Shown here: positions 1 to 9,899 of the stretch, one piece after another | Numbering within the stretch: the stretch's first letter is position 1 | How the letters are laid out: every line of letters starts with the position of its first letter | Assembly: GCF_006345805.1 (NCBI RefSeq) | Contig: NW_021825346.1 | Span: 1-15,912, forward strand | From: Octopus sinensis | Taxonomy: Eukaryota | Direction of reading: 5' to 3' | DNA length: 15,912 nt | Notes under the pieces: generated by a model | Told to the model about the DNA's origin: nothing | Seen by the model: the letters and a program-made list of their open reading frames with translations, nothing else | Databases searched by the model: none | Made by a program: the position numbers and the translations under genes

Positions 1-1660
1 TAAGTGATATTTATATGTGATATTTATATGTGATATTTGTAAGTGATATTTATATGTGATATTTATATGTGATATTTATAAGTGATATTTATATGTGATA
101 TTTATATGTGATATTTATATGTGATATTTATATGTGATATTTATATGTGATATTTATAAGTGATATTTATATGTGATATTTATATGTGATATTTATAAGT
201 GATATTTATATGTGATATTTATATGTGATATTTATAAGTGATATTTATAAGTGATATTTATATGTGATATTTATAAGTGATATTTATATGTGATATTTAT
301 AAGTGATATTTATATGTGATATTTATAAGTGATATTTATATGTGATATTTATAAGTGATATTTATATGTGATATTTATATGTGATATTTATATGTGATAT
401 TTATAAGTGATATTTATAAGTGATATTTATAAGTGATATTTATATGTGATATTTATAAGTGATATTTATAAGTGATATTTATAAGTGATATTTATATGTG
501 ATATTTATATGTGATATTTATAAGTGATATTTATAAGTGATATTTATAAGTGATATTTATATGTGACATTTATATGTGATATTTATAAGTGATATTTATA
601 AGTGATATTTATAAGTGATATTTATATGTGATATTTATATGTGATATTTATAAGTGATATTTATAAGTGATATTTATAAGTGATATTTATATGTGATATT
701 TATATGTGATATTTATATGTGATATTTGTATGTGATATTTATAAGTGATATTTATATGTGATATTTATAAGTGATATTTATATGTGATATTTATATGTGA
801 TATTTGTAAGTGATATTTATATGTGATATTTATATGTGATATTTATAAGTGATATTTATATGTGATATTTATATGTGATATTTATAAGTGATATTTATAT
901 GTGATATTTATATGTGATATTTATAAGTGATATTTATAAGTGATATTTATATGTGATATTTATAAGTGATATTTATATGTGATATTATAAGTGATATTTA
1001 TATGTGATTTTATATGTGATATTATATGTGATATTTATAAGTGATATTTATATGTGATATTTATATGTGATATTATATGTGATATTTATATGTATGTGAT
1101 ATTTATATGTGATATTTATAGTGATATTTATAAGTGATATTTATAAGTGATATTTATAAGTGATATTTATATGTGATATTTATATGTGATATTTATAAGT
1201 GATATTTATAAGTGATATTTATAAGTGATATTTATATGTGATATTTATAAGTGATATTTATAAGTGATATTTATAAGTGATATTTATATGTGATATTTAT
1301 ATGTGATATTTATAAGTGATATTTATAAGTGATATTTATAAGTGATATTTATATGTGATATTTATATGTGATATTTATAAGTGATATTTATAAGTGATAT
1401 TTATAAGTGATATTTATATGTGATATTTATATGTGATATTTATAAGTGATATTTATAAGTGATATTTATAAGTGATATTTATATGTGATATTTATATGTG
1501 ATATTTATAAGTGATATTTATAAGTGATATTTATATGTGATATTTATAAGTGATATTTATATGTGATATTTATATGTGATATTTATATGTGATATTTATA
1601 AGTGATATTTATAAGTGATATTTATATGTGATATTTATAAGTGATATTTATATGTGATAT
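1..1660. repeat. 13-bp minisatellite GTGATATTTATA(T/A), roughly 127 units, running off the left edge
   Basis: Unit read directly, e.g. 4-16, 17-29, 30-42. Two main variants differ at position 13, with rare substitutions and 1-nt deletions. The array ends at ...gtgatat|tcctgctg. Confidence 0.98.
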
Positions 1661-1994
1661 TCCTGCTGTCCTCTTTTGACAGTTTCCCTATTTCTTGATT
1701 CACGTACATACATAACAAACAAACATAACTCACAAACAAAAAAATTGCGTATTATGCATATTATAAATGTTTAATGTTATTAATAAAAATTGTTGCTAAT
1801 AATTCTGTCTTTTATTAATTATTCAACTCATTAACCATAATTTAACTATAAATGTTAGAACTACCATTTCTTTATTTCTTAATTCTTTTGATATCAATCT
1901 GCCTGAAACTATCCCAAGTTCTATGATACAAATTCTTTGTTTTAAAGTGATCTTTCCATCAAAATTCCATGTTAACTTATATTCCAAACATCAG

Positions 1995-2080
1995 CTTACA
2001 AGTAACAAAGTTATCTAATAAACTCTTCATTGTTCTCAAAATTATTGGAAACCAAGACATTGTATTTCAACAGAAATATG
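1995..2080 (+). CDS. Putative internal exon (phase 2 to 1) of the PLAT-like repeat gene: xLQVTKLSNKLFIVLKIIGNQDIVFQQKY
   Basis: Acceptor aacatcag|C at 1993-94 and strong donor G|gtaag at 2081. The phase-1 G joins AA at 2258 to give GAA in frame. LQVTKLS resembles IVMTRLL at the start of exon 5555. The acceptor is only moderate. Confidence 0.55.
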
Positions 2081-2257
2081 GTAAGAAAAAGGTTAATGTT
2101 AAGAAAATCAGTCATTTCTTGTTGAGGAATAACTCAGATCTCAAGATGTCAAGTAATTCACCACTTTTTACAGCACATTTCTTTTTTTTTATATAAGGAA
2201 TCACAACTGCTATACCATCCTTTATATTACTTTTTTAAAATTTTCTTTCTTTTCTAG

Positions 2258-2490
2258 AATCTGTGTGGAAAATAGAATTAACCTCACAATCCAAACTAAC
2301 AGGAAATATAGAAGAAATAAAAATATTTTATGCAGTGTTTGGCAGTGAAACAAAATCATCACAAGGTCTAACTTTAAAGAAATTAGCTGATCTCCCCACA
2401 TTCTCTGCTTTTACCAATATTGGAAATATAAGCATTGGTGAGGTTGAAATAGCCTTTGAAAACAACAGCAAATCTATTGACTTATCCAAA
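2258..2490 (+). CDS. Exon A1 (phase 1 to 0), N-terminal part of PLAT/LH2-like module 1: ESVWKIELTSQSKLTGNIEEIKIFYAVFGSETKSSQGLTLKKLADLPTFSAFTNIGNISIGEVEIAFENNSKSIDLSK
   Basis: Long polypyrimidine tract ttttctttcttttctag|, 233-nt open frame, donor AAA|gtgag. Alternating hydrophobic beta-strand pattern. FG and IGEVEIAFEN match the PLAT pattern as I recall it. Confidence 0.8.
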
Positions 2491-3182
2491 GTGAGAATTT
2501 TTACCTTCTTGAATTCTGTAATTGCATTTTTTTTTTTATTTTAATTCTTTGCTTATTTCTTGTAACTATTGCTATTATTGATGTTGTTATTAAAGTCCTG
2601 ATCAGCCTTGACAAGAGAACCTAAGATCTTTATTCAGTCAGTCTTTCTTTTTCTGAGATAATATGGTGTTATAGTGTGGATCCTCATCCACTTGTACATT
2701 GTTTATTGGCACTGTAATGTTCTTGTTGCCACTGTTATGTTGTGGCAGTTTTCCGCATCTTATTATCTCTGACTTGTCTCTCATGCTATCATTGAGAGGT
2801 CCACAAGACAATGACTTTGAAACATCTATCCTGACAGTAACCCAAACTTGTATATATCACGTAACTGACACTGACTCCAACTGAGAACTCGTACAATGAC
2901 CCTACTACTACTGAACACCTACAGCAATGGACTGTCTTACTTTATGGTGGCTGGATCATACCACTTTGTCCTGTGGAAAGGGGGTGTACCATTTTCTTGT
3001 GTTAGTATAAACCTATATTCATTTATTTTTATGAATACTTTTTTAATATGTTCAAAGTGTTGCTCCGCTAACTCTTTATCAAAATATCATTGAAATAAGG
3101 GAAATATTAGAATGAAAGTAGAAATAAGATATATAAAAAATATTGTAGTTTACAATATCTTTATATATCTTTCCTTCTCAAA

Positions 3183-3569
3183 TGAACCCTAAACACCTTC
3201 GAGTGATGGGACCAGCAAACCAGTTATTTTTGCCACTCTTTAGTACTAGACACTGCTAGAGATAGCAGTAGCTCATTTCTACTCTCAATATATATATATA
3301 TATATATAAATTCAAGCAACACAGAGTTGTTGATTTTTCAAGAAGCTAAAAATCTAGGTTTAAAATCTCTCTAAGAGATGATTGCTGTTGCTTTTTAGCT
3401 TGTTGCAAAATCAGCAACTGTGCACTGCTTGAATTTATATATATATTGCAAGCAGAATCAAGCTACTGCCATCACTAGCAGATGAACTGTCCAGTACTGA
3501 AGAGAGGCAGAAATAGCCCGAAACGATACTGGTATGCTAGTCCCATCACTAGAAGGTGGTAAGGGTTCA
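3183..3569. mobile_element. Foldback/MITE-like element with ~170-bp imperfect inverted arms
   Basis: 3183-3352 pairs with 3393-3569 (tgaaccct...agggttca; agtgatggga/tcccatcact; both arms carry a (TA)n followed by aattcaagca). Spacer about 40 nt. No clear target-site duplication. Confidence 0.8.
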
Positions 3570-3789
3570 CCCTCCTGCTTGCAATATATTTGATGCAGCT
3601 GTGCATAGTTAACCAGCTAGAAGTGATATCCTCATGTGGCAAAAAAATCGCAGTGAAGTCTGATCCAATGGAACAGCCATGTTGAAGTGACTACAAAGAT
3701 TACTATGTGTGTGTGTGTGGTGTGTGTGTGTGGTGTGCATGCATATATGTGTGTGTATGCGTGTATTTATATTTATACACGTAAATGTC

Positions 3790-5115
3790 AAATGATGAAA
3801 TGAGTGCTCAACACCACTTTGGTGGATATATAATTCTTTTATTTGTGAATTATGTCTAATTGGTTTCATGTTAAGAAAAGTAGGAAAATATCTTAATTTT
3901 TCAAGCTGATCACATGGATAAAGGCGTTCACCTCCATTTTGGGAAACAGTCTCACTTTGTTCATGGGACTTCTCTTAAATTCGCCTAAATAAAGCAATGA
4001 ATCAATGACTCCAAAGGACATTACTTTCGAGTGGCTTCTTTCAAGTGTTTGTCTTCCTTGAATTTGTCTTTTGGGTAAATTTTTTTGTGGTTAATTATTT
4101 TGCATTATTCGTTTTTGTTCTGAGCATGATGTTTTTCTACTTGTATGTTGAGTTAGTTCGTCATTGGGGCATATTTCCTTTTTTGTGAAGTTTGTGTGCT
4201 ATGTGTGTTCATGTTTAGAAAAGGGGCTCTCCTGGTGGGGTTACTTTCGTTTCTACAGGGTCTTCTTTGAAGTATTTGTGTGTAAAATATTGCTTGTGTA
4301 TGCAGGGAGAGAAGGATTCATCCCCAATGTTTAAGATGTTATCTGTTGATTGTATAATGTTTAATTTTTCAGTAATGCAGAGTTCATATTTGATACCCTG
4401 TCCTCTGTATTTTTTTGACTTTGGTAATAATTTTCCATTCTATCTGGGATATATTCTATCTGTGATCCATATCATATTTGATAGGGATGTCGCATGTTTT
4501 TTGTTTTCATTTCTGAATGATGCAAAATGTTGTGTATACCTTTCCTTGAATGAGTTGCCTGTCATTCGGATATATGTCTTTGCTATTCCGTTGGGGTCCA
4601 TCATCTTGGCTTTGTATATGGGTTCTTTCTTGAGACAGTTGTTGTTTTGAGAGCAGCAGTTTGAGGATCCGAAGTTGCATTGTCTTTCTGGGGTGTTTCT
4701 GGTGTGTTTATGTTTATTGTGATTAAGTATTGTTAACCCTATATTGGGGCAGCAGCTATAGCTAACTTTAACAGTGTTGCTGTTGAAGATCTTGAGGTAT
4801 TTGTGTAAATGTGGAAAGTGATTGTCTATAAATTTTATGAATTCCCTAACTATGTTAGTAGCTACGTTCATGCTATAAGGTGGCTTGAACCAGAAGGTTT
4901 TCCTCTGTCTGTATCTTCTTGGTCTGTTTATATTTGGTTCAATGTAGTGTATACTGTTTTTGAAGTTGGACTTTTATAATGCAGCATTATGATATGAAGC
5001 AGCTTTTTCAAAAGTGTCTTTGTCAACAGATAAATTGGAGATCCACTTACTAACGTTGTTAACTATCGATTTAATTACTGCTGGTGGGTGTTTGGAACAT
5101 ATGTCTGTGTACAAG
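3790..5115 (-). mobile_element. Penelope-like retroelement (probably Naiad clade), 3' part: RT thumb, linker, GIY-YIG endonuclease, 3' UTR; decayed
   Basis: Minus strand reads YTDICSKHPPAVIK...WFKPPYSMNVATNI...KIFNSNTVKVSYSC...CNFGSSNCCSQNNNCL...IYKA...TYIRMT..FKERY..H...IEWKI...ELCITEK...LN...CIH. It has stops and frameshifts. The left boundary is approximate. Confidence 0.9.
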
Positions 5116-5300
5116 GCTTATGAACACAAGAAAGTCATTACTCTTTCATGATAATTCCTACTGGGTAAAAAGGAACGGAGACAAGCTATTTCATGTGACA
5201 ATGAGGAGCTATGACAGTACAGAGATAGCTGACCTTGTAGGCTTTTATATCCTAGATGCCCTTAAAAAAGAAATAAAAGAAGCTAACATTGGTTTATACA
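5116..5300 (+). mobile_element. Inverted RT-core fragment of the same Penelope-like family
   Basis: RKSLLFHDNSYWVKRNGDKLFHVTMRSYDSTEIADLVGFYIL...NIGLY matches the PLE RT pattern RKSLLF..FDVTMGSYDGAE.CELVG..GLYRDD and breaks just before RDD. Confidence 0.88.
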
Positions 5301-5302
5301 AG

Positions 5303-5419
5303 TTATATGAGTCTTGGATGAATGATATAAATGCATCATTTAATGTCATACAGAATTACACACACACACACTAAATGACATATTTTCTGAATTTATATTT
5401 CAGACAAAAATTGGCTGTT
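5303..5419 (+). repeat. Direct duplicate of the intron end, acceptor and start of exon A2 (partner about 9075-9295); pseudo-exon
   Basis: 5371-5419 vs 9247-9295: 46/49 identical. 5319-5342 vs 9092-9115: 23/24 identical. Both copies contain a (CA)n tract. Confidence 0.9.
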
Positions 5420-5554
5420 AGAATGGGTGAAAAATATTGATCATAACACCACTCATAGAGGCAACAACTGCCCTTCTATCAGTGTAGACATTTGTGTTAA
5501 TTTAAATATATAATAAAACTAATCAGCTAACAATTTTCTTCTATAATTTTTCAG

Positions 5555-5648
5555 ATTGTCATGACAAGATTACTTACTGGTGAAGAATATGGTTGTGCTA
5601 ACATACACAAGACAAACTCACCTGAATATTCTTGTAAACTCCTGCACA
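5555..5648 (+). CDS. Exon B1 (phase 0 to 1), C-terminal part of module 1: IVMTRLLTGEEYGCANIHKTNSPEYSCKLLH
   Basis: Acceptor ttttcttctataatttttcag| and donor A|gtaag. Phases fit both neighbours. TGEEY plus a Cys pair resembles the end of a PLAT domain. Not in the ORF track. Confidence 0.75.
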
Positions 5649-6239
5649 GTAAGATTACATTTAACAACTAAATCAACCACCTTTAGTCTCTCTAATTGGT
5701 ACAGCTATTAAAAGGGAGCGAATCATTTTGTAATAATTCAAAGTAGAGTTAGAAATTTGAAATTGAAATTAGGGAAACTCAAGGAAAATATGCATAGAAT
5801 TCACATATTGTTTTGGGTACTTGATACAAATTTCTTAAAATTTCATGTCATTGATAATCATGAGTAGCACTATTTTATTCCTTTGATAAATAATCAGTAT
5901 GGCATGAGATCACATAAAGAACTTGTTCTGTGTGATCTTGTGCTAGTTTCTGTGTAATCAATGAAACGAATGAAGAAATAAAAGGTATCTCTAGTAAGTC
6001 CCTTAATGAATTAAAGCTTCAGATGAGTCGAGAATCTCTCTAGTATTAGGGGTTAATTGAAAGTGCTTATAAATCTGTGGATTACATCTCTACTGTAAAA
6101 CAGAAAAACAAGTAATGAATGGTTAATCTTACAAGTTCACAGGTATATGTCTTAAATTACTGAATAGGTCTTAGAGTGTGTGTATATATATATATATATA
6201 AACTGAGGTTGCAAGTGCTGGTGGTAAACTTTGTGAAAT

Positions 6240-7758
6240 TTGAAAGCATGAACCGATTTCATTACGCAATATTTTAATAAGGAAAAGCAATAGAAAACTC
6301 CAGCTAGGCAACAAGTATTTACTCACTATCAACTTTTATTTCCTGTCTTATAAGTGTTCAATGTGGCCACCACCTGCAGCATGGGCAACATCAATGCGAT
6401 AACAGAATTCCTCCCAGATGTGTATCAGCATATCATGATCCACTGAGTTGATAGTGTTGTTATTCTATGTTTATGATTATCGAAGTTAGTGGGTAGTGGT
6501 TGAATTTTCTAAGTTTTGAATGGCTGCCACAGAGGCACTGTAGTCACGTTGTTCTTCTGGCAACTTTCAGTTGTTTCTTTACACTCAGAATGGTGAGTCC
6601 TCAGCAAAAGGTGCTCTGTGTTCTTGAGTTCACAAAAACAAATTCGGTTGTCAGGGTGCAGTGTGCTTTGTGAAGGTGATTCGACATTAATCTGCCCTGT
6701 CCTAAGAACATTCGACGGTGGTTTCAACAATTGCAAGACAGTGGGTGTCTGTGTAAAAGGAAAAAGTCCAGGACAGCCACGAGTTTCGGAGAAGCAAGTG
6801 GCAAGAATCCATGCAGCGTTTAAGGGGTGCCCGCAGAAGTCCAAAAATCGAGCTAGCTGTGAGCTTGTGATCCCTCAATCCACTCTCTGTTGTGTGCTAA
6901 GATGTCTACATTTGAAACCATACAGACTATGCCTAGTTCAGGCACTTACCAGTGAAAAGAGGAAGCAGATGGAATTTTGCAAATCAATACTGGAGATGAT
7001 GGAAGTTGAAACCTTCATTTCATGTTTAATTTGTAGTGATAAAGCAACTTTTCACTTGAATTGCACAGTCATTCGTCACAATGTGTGTATTTGGGGACCA
7101 GAGCACCCACATGAAACAGTTGAGGACAAAAGAGATTCCCCTAAGGTAAACGTCTTCTGTGCTGTGTCTCAGGAGAAGGTTCATGGTCCCTTTTTCTTTG
7201 AAGGAAACACCGTTACAGGACAAACCTATCCCAATATGCTCCAAAACTGGCCCTTCACTTCACTACAAGCAGATTTGTATAACTTCATTTTTTAACAAGA
7301 TGGAGTTCTGCCCCATTGGTACCTGATGGTTCGAGCTTTTTTAAATGAAAAAGTGCTCCAGTGATGGATTGGTCAGAAAGGGGCCCAAGACTTTGCTCTT
7401 TGTGCTTGGCCTTTGAGATCCCCAAACCTCACCATGTGTGATTTTTTTCCGTGTGGGAATATATAAAAGATTACGTTTATGTTCCACCACTACCCACTAA
7501 CCTCGATGACCGTAAACATCGAATAACAACAGTGATCAACTCAGTGGATCGCGATATGCTGATATGCATCCGGTAGGAATTCTCTTATTGCATTGATGTT
7601 GCCCATGCTGCAGGTGGTGGCCACATTGAACACTTGTAAGACAGGAAATAAAGGTTGATTGTGAGTGAATATTTGTGACATAGCTGTAGTTTTTCTATTG
7701 CTTTTCTTTATTAAAATATTGCATAATGAAATCAGTTCATCCTTTTTGAATAACCCTG
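6240..7758 (+). mobile_element. Tc1/mariner DNA transposon (rosa/DD41D/Visitor-like) with long inverted repeats
   Basis: Right end ...ttttgaataaccctg|TA followed by (TA)n. 6248-6501 is the inverted copy of 7485-7742, about 30 differences in about 255 nt by manual count. The left terminal ~12 nt no longer match. Confidence 0.9.
6590..7639 (+). pseudogene. Decayed DDD transposase with an N-terminal HTH (DUF4817-like)
   Basis: MVSPQQKVLCVLEF...KSPGQPRVSE...SDKATFHLN...RDSPKVNVFCAVS...GPFFF...F*QDG..PHW...WPLRSPNLTMCDFF...GGHIEHL*. Several premature stops (e.g. 7293, 7362) and two frameshifts (about 6765 and 7450). Confidence 0.92.
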
Positions 7759-7896
7759 TATATATATATATATATATTATATATATATATATTTAAATAA
7801 TGAGGGAGATAAATTAATATTAATTTTAATATCAATTTAAAACCAGTAGTCTAGCATGCAAAAAATCTGAGAAATCAGAGAAAATTCTGATATATT

Positions 7897-8051
7897 TGTA
7901 TATTGGCAGGGCAAGACTGCTAGGTAGTCGGCCGTATGCTACAAATAGATCATCAACGATCAAACTACAAAGAAAGTTCTCTGTAGTTTGATCGTTGACT
8001 ATCTATTTCTAGCATACGGCCGACTACCTAGCAGTCTTGCCCTGCCAATAT

Positions 8052-8054
<3 letters not shown>
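7897..8054. mobile_element. 158-bp near-perfect palindrome (MITE-like) in a TA-rich context
   Basis: tatattggcagggcaagactgctaggtagtcggccgtatgcta... is mirrored by ...tagcatacggccgactacctagcagtcttgccctgccaatata. About 78-bp arms, 4 mismatches, 2-nt centre. Confidence 0.92.
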
Positions 8055-8096
<42 letters not shown>

Positions 8097-8381
8097 CAAT
8101 AATAGAGACTAAGACATTTAAAAAAATTTTTATTAGTGGGGCCAGCATATAAAAAAGAAGACTGATTCAGGTGAAATTATTTGTATAATTATAATAAGGG
8201 CTTAAAAAACATTTTCTATCCTATTTGCTGAGAAATAGACTCCCAATTGTCTTGCCACTAAAAATAGTCGCAAACACATGTTGAATTTGATGCAACAAGC
8301 CAACTGAAATCATCAATAAAATAGATGGCCCTGGATTAGCTAATTTCTACCCAATGGCTTTTCTGTCTTCGGCAGGACATT

Positions 8382-8786
8382 CATATTTCATTTCATTTAC
8401 TTGTTTCAGTCATTTGACTGTGGCCATGCTGGAGCACCGCCTTTAGTCGAGCAAATCGACCCCGGGACTTATTCTTTGTAAGCCCAGTACTTATTCTATC
8501 AGTCTCTTTTGCCGAACCGCTAAGTGACGGGGACGTAAGCACACCAGCATCGGTTGTCAAGCAATGCTAGGGGGACAATCACAGATACACACACACACAC
8601 ATATATATATATATACATATATACAACAGACTTCTTTCAGTTTCCGTCTACCAAATCCACTCACAAGGCATTGGTCAGCCCGGGGCTGTAGCAGAAGACA
8701 CTTACCCAAGATGCCACGCAGTGGGACTGAACCCGGAACAATGTGGCTGGTTAGCAAGCTACTTACCACACAGCCACTCCTGCGCC
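8382..8786 (-). mobile_element. Full-length tRNA-derived SINE resembling an abundant octopus family
   Basis: Minus strand begins ggcgcaggagTGGCTGTGTGG (A box), then GGGTTCAGTCCC (B box), an internal (TA)/(TG) tract and a (TGAAA)-like tail. The family assignment is from recollection. Confidence 0.85.
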
Positions 8787-9164
8787 TATATCTCATTTAT
8801 TTTCTATATATGTCCTGGTGAAGACAGAAAAGCAATTAGGCAGATCTAGAAATTAGCTTATCTAGGGCAGGCTGTTTTATTAATAATTTCAGTTGGCTTC
8901 TTGCGTCGAATTCAAGACATGTTTTATATTTAAGAGATGCAGAATTATTTACATTATTTACATTATTTATATTATATACATCTCTACTTCTTACCGCACT
9001 GCCACATCATTACTTTTTGCCATACTACCAAATCATTATATCACTACTTCCACAAGTCCTAAATGATGTGACAAATTATGTGTGCCTGAAGTGAATGATA
9101 TAAATGCACCATTTAGTAAGTGTCTTAAAGATTTATATATATTTATTTATGTGTGTGTATGCAC

Positions 9165-9190
9165 ACACATATACACACACACCACACACA

Positions 9191-9247
<57 letters not shown>
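9165..9247. repeat. (CA)n microsatellite about 30 nt upstream of the exon A2 acceptor
   Basis: Direct reading. It is the source of the spurious TH-repeat ORF. Confidence 0.97.
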
Positions 9248-9251
<4 letters not shown>

Positions 9252-9279
9252 AGACATATTTTCTGAATTTATATTTCAG

Positions 9280-9506
9280 GCAAAAATTGGCTATTGAAAG
9301 TTATTTCTCCTGAAGAACACAAACGAAATTTCACTGTAGAAATAATTCAAGACAAGTTATCTTCTTCCTCTAGAAAATTCATATGGAATCACTTCTCCGT
9401 GTATGGAGATAGTTATATTAAGCATTTCAATCTGAAAACATATGAAGAGGGTGAAATCACAAGTCTAAAACTCCATTTCTTCCATCAAATTCTAAAGATC
9501 AGTGAA
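9280..9506 (+). CDS. Exon A2 (phase 1 to 0), N-terminal part of module 2: SKNWLLKVISPEEHKRNFTVEIIQDKLSSSSRKFIWNHFSVYGDSYIKHFNLKTYEEGEITSLKLHFFHQILKISE
   Basis: Acceptor atttatatttcag|GC, 227-nt open frame, donor GAA|gtaaaa. W at position 4 as in A1. GEITSLKLHF resembles the lipase-PLAT GELxxLKLxW strand. Confidence 0.82.
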
Positions 9507-9899
9507 GTAAAATTATATTTTTAATCTATTGAAAAATATCTAATGACAATAGAGGGGCAGAGTGCAATTTTTAGGGGAGTGAATTTGATACTTCAAAATG
9601 TCTGGGTCCAGACTCTTAGTGGAACCAACTTTACTGCTACTTCTTTTCTAAAACCTCCAATGATGGACAGCCCTAAACCTGTCCCTCACTACACACAATC
9701 TACCCTATCATCTTTCATCCCCTTTTTTCTTCATCCTATCACTCATCCTTTGTTTCTACCCTGTTCCCTGCCTTATTCCCTCCCTCTTCCCCTCCTACTT
9801 ACCATCCCCCATCCCTCTGCCTTGATTCATCTCCAGCTCTCTCATTTCTTCTTCTGTTATAGGGGGCTGGTTTAGAGCCTTAACCTTGCAAATTACAAG

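Noticed and set aside
2600-3100. ORFs 2699-2884 and 2896-3093 as exons or genes
   Set aside because: No phase-compatible splice sites and no recognisable motif. The segment may be an old repeat that I cannot identify.
3830-3925. Hammerhead ribozyme in the Penelope 3' region (minus strand gtgatcag...catgaaac)
   Set aside because: The core differs from CTGATGA at two positions and I could not build convincing stems II and III or a cleavage triplet. At most a decayed relic; an Infernal search would decide.
4218-5115. Selenocysteine-encoding Naiad element
   Set aside because: The in-frame stops I read are TAA and TAG, not TGA, and there are frameshifts, so this is ordinary decay.
5404-5483. A genuine additional coding exon (KNWLLEWVKNID...)
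   Set aside because: It needs a phase-1 upstream donor but A1 ends in phase 0. I found no phase 0-to-1 exon in 2491-5403, and the available donors are weak. Treated as a pseudo-exon.
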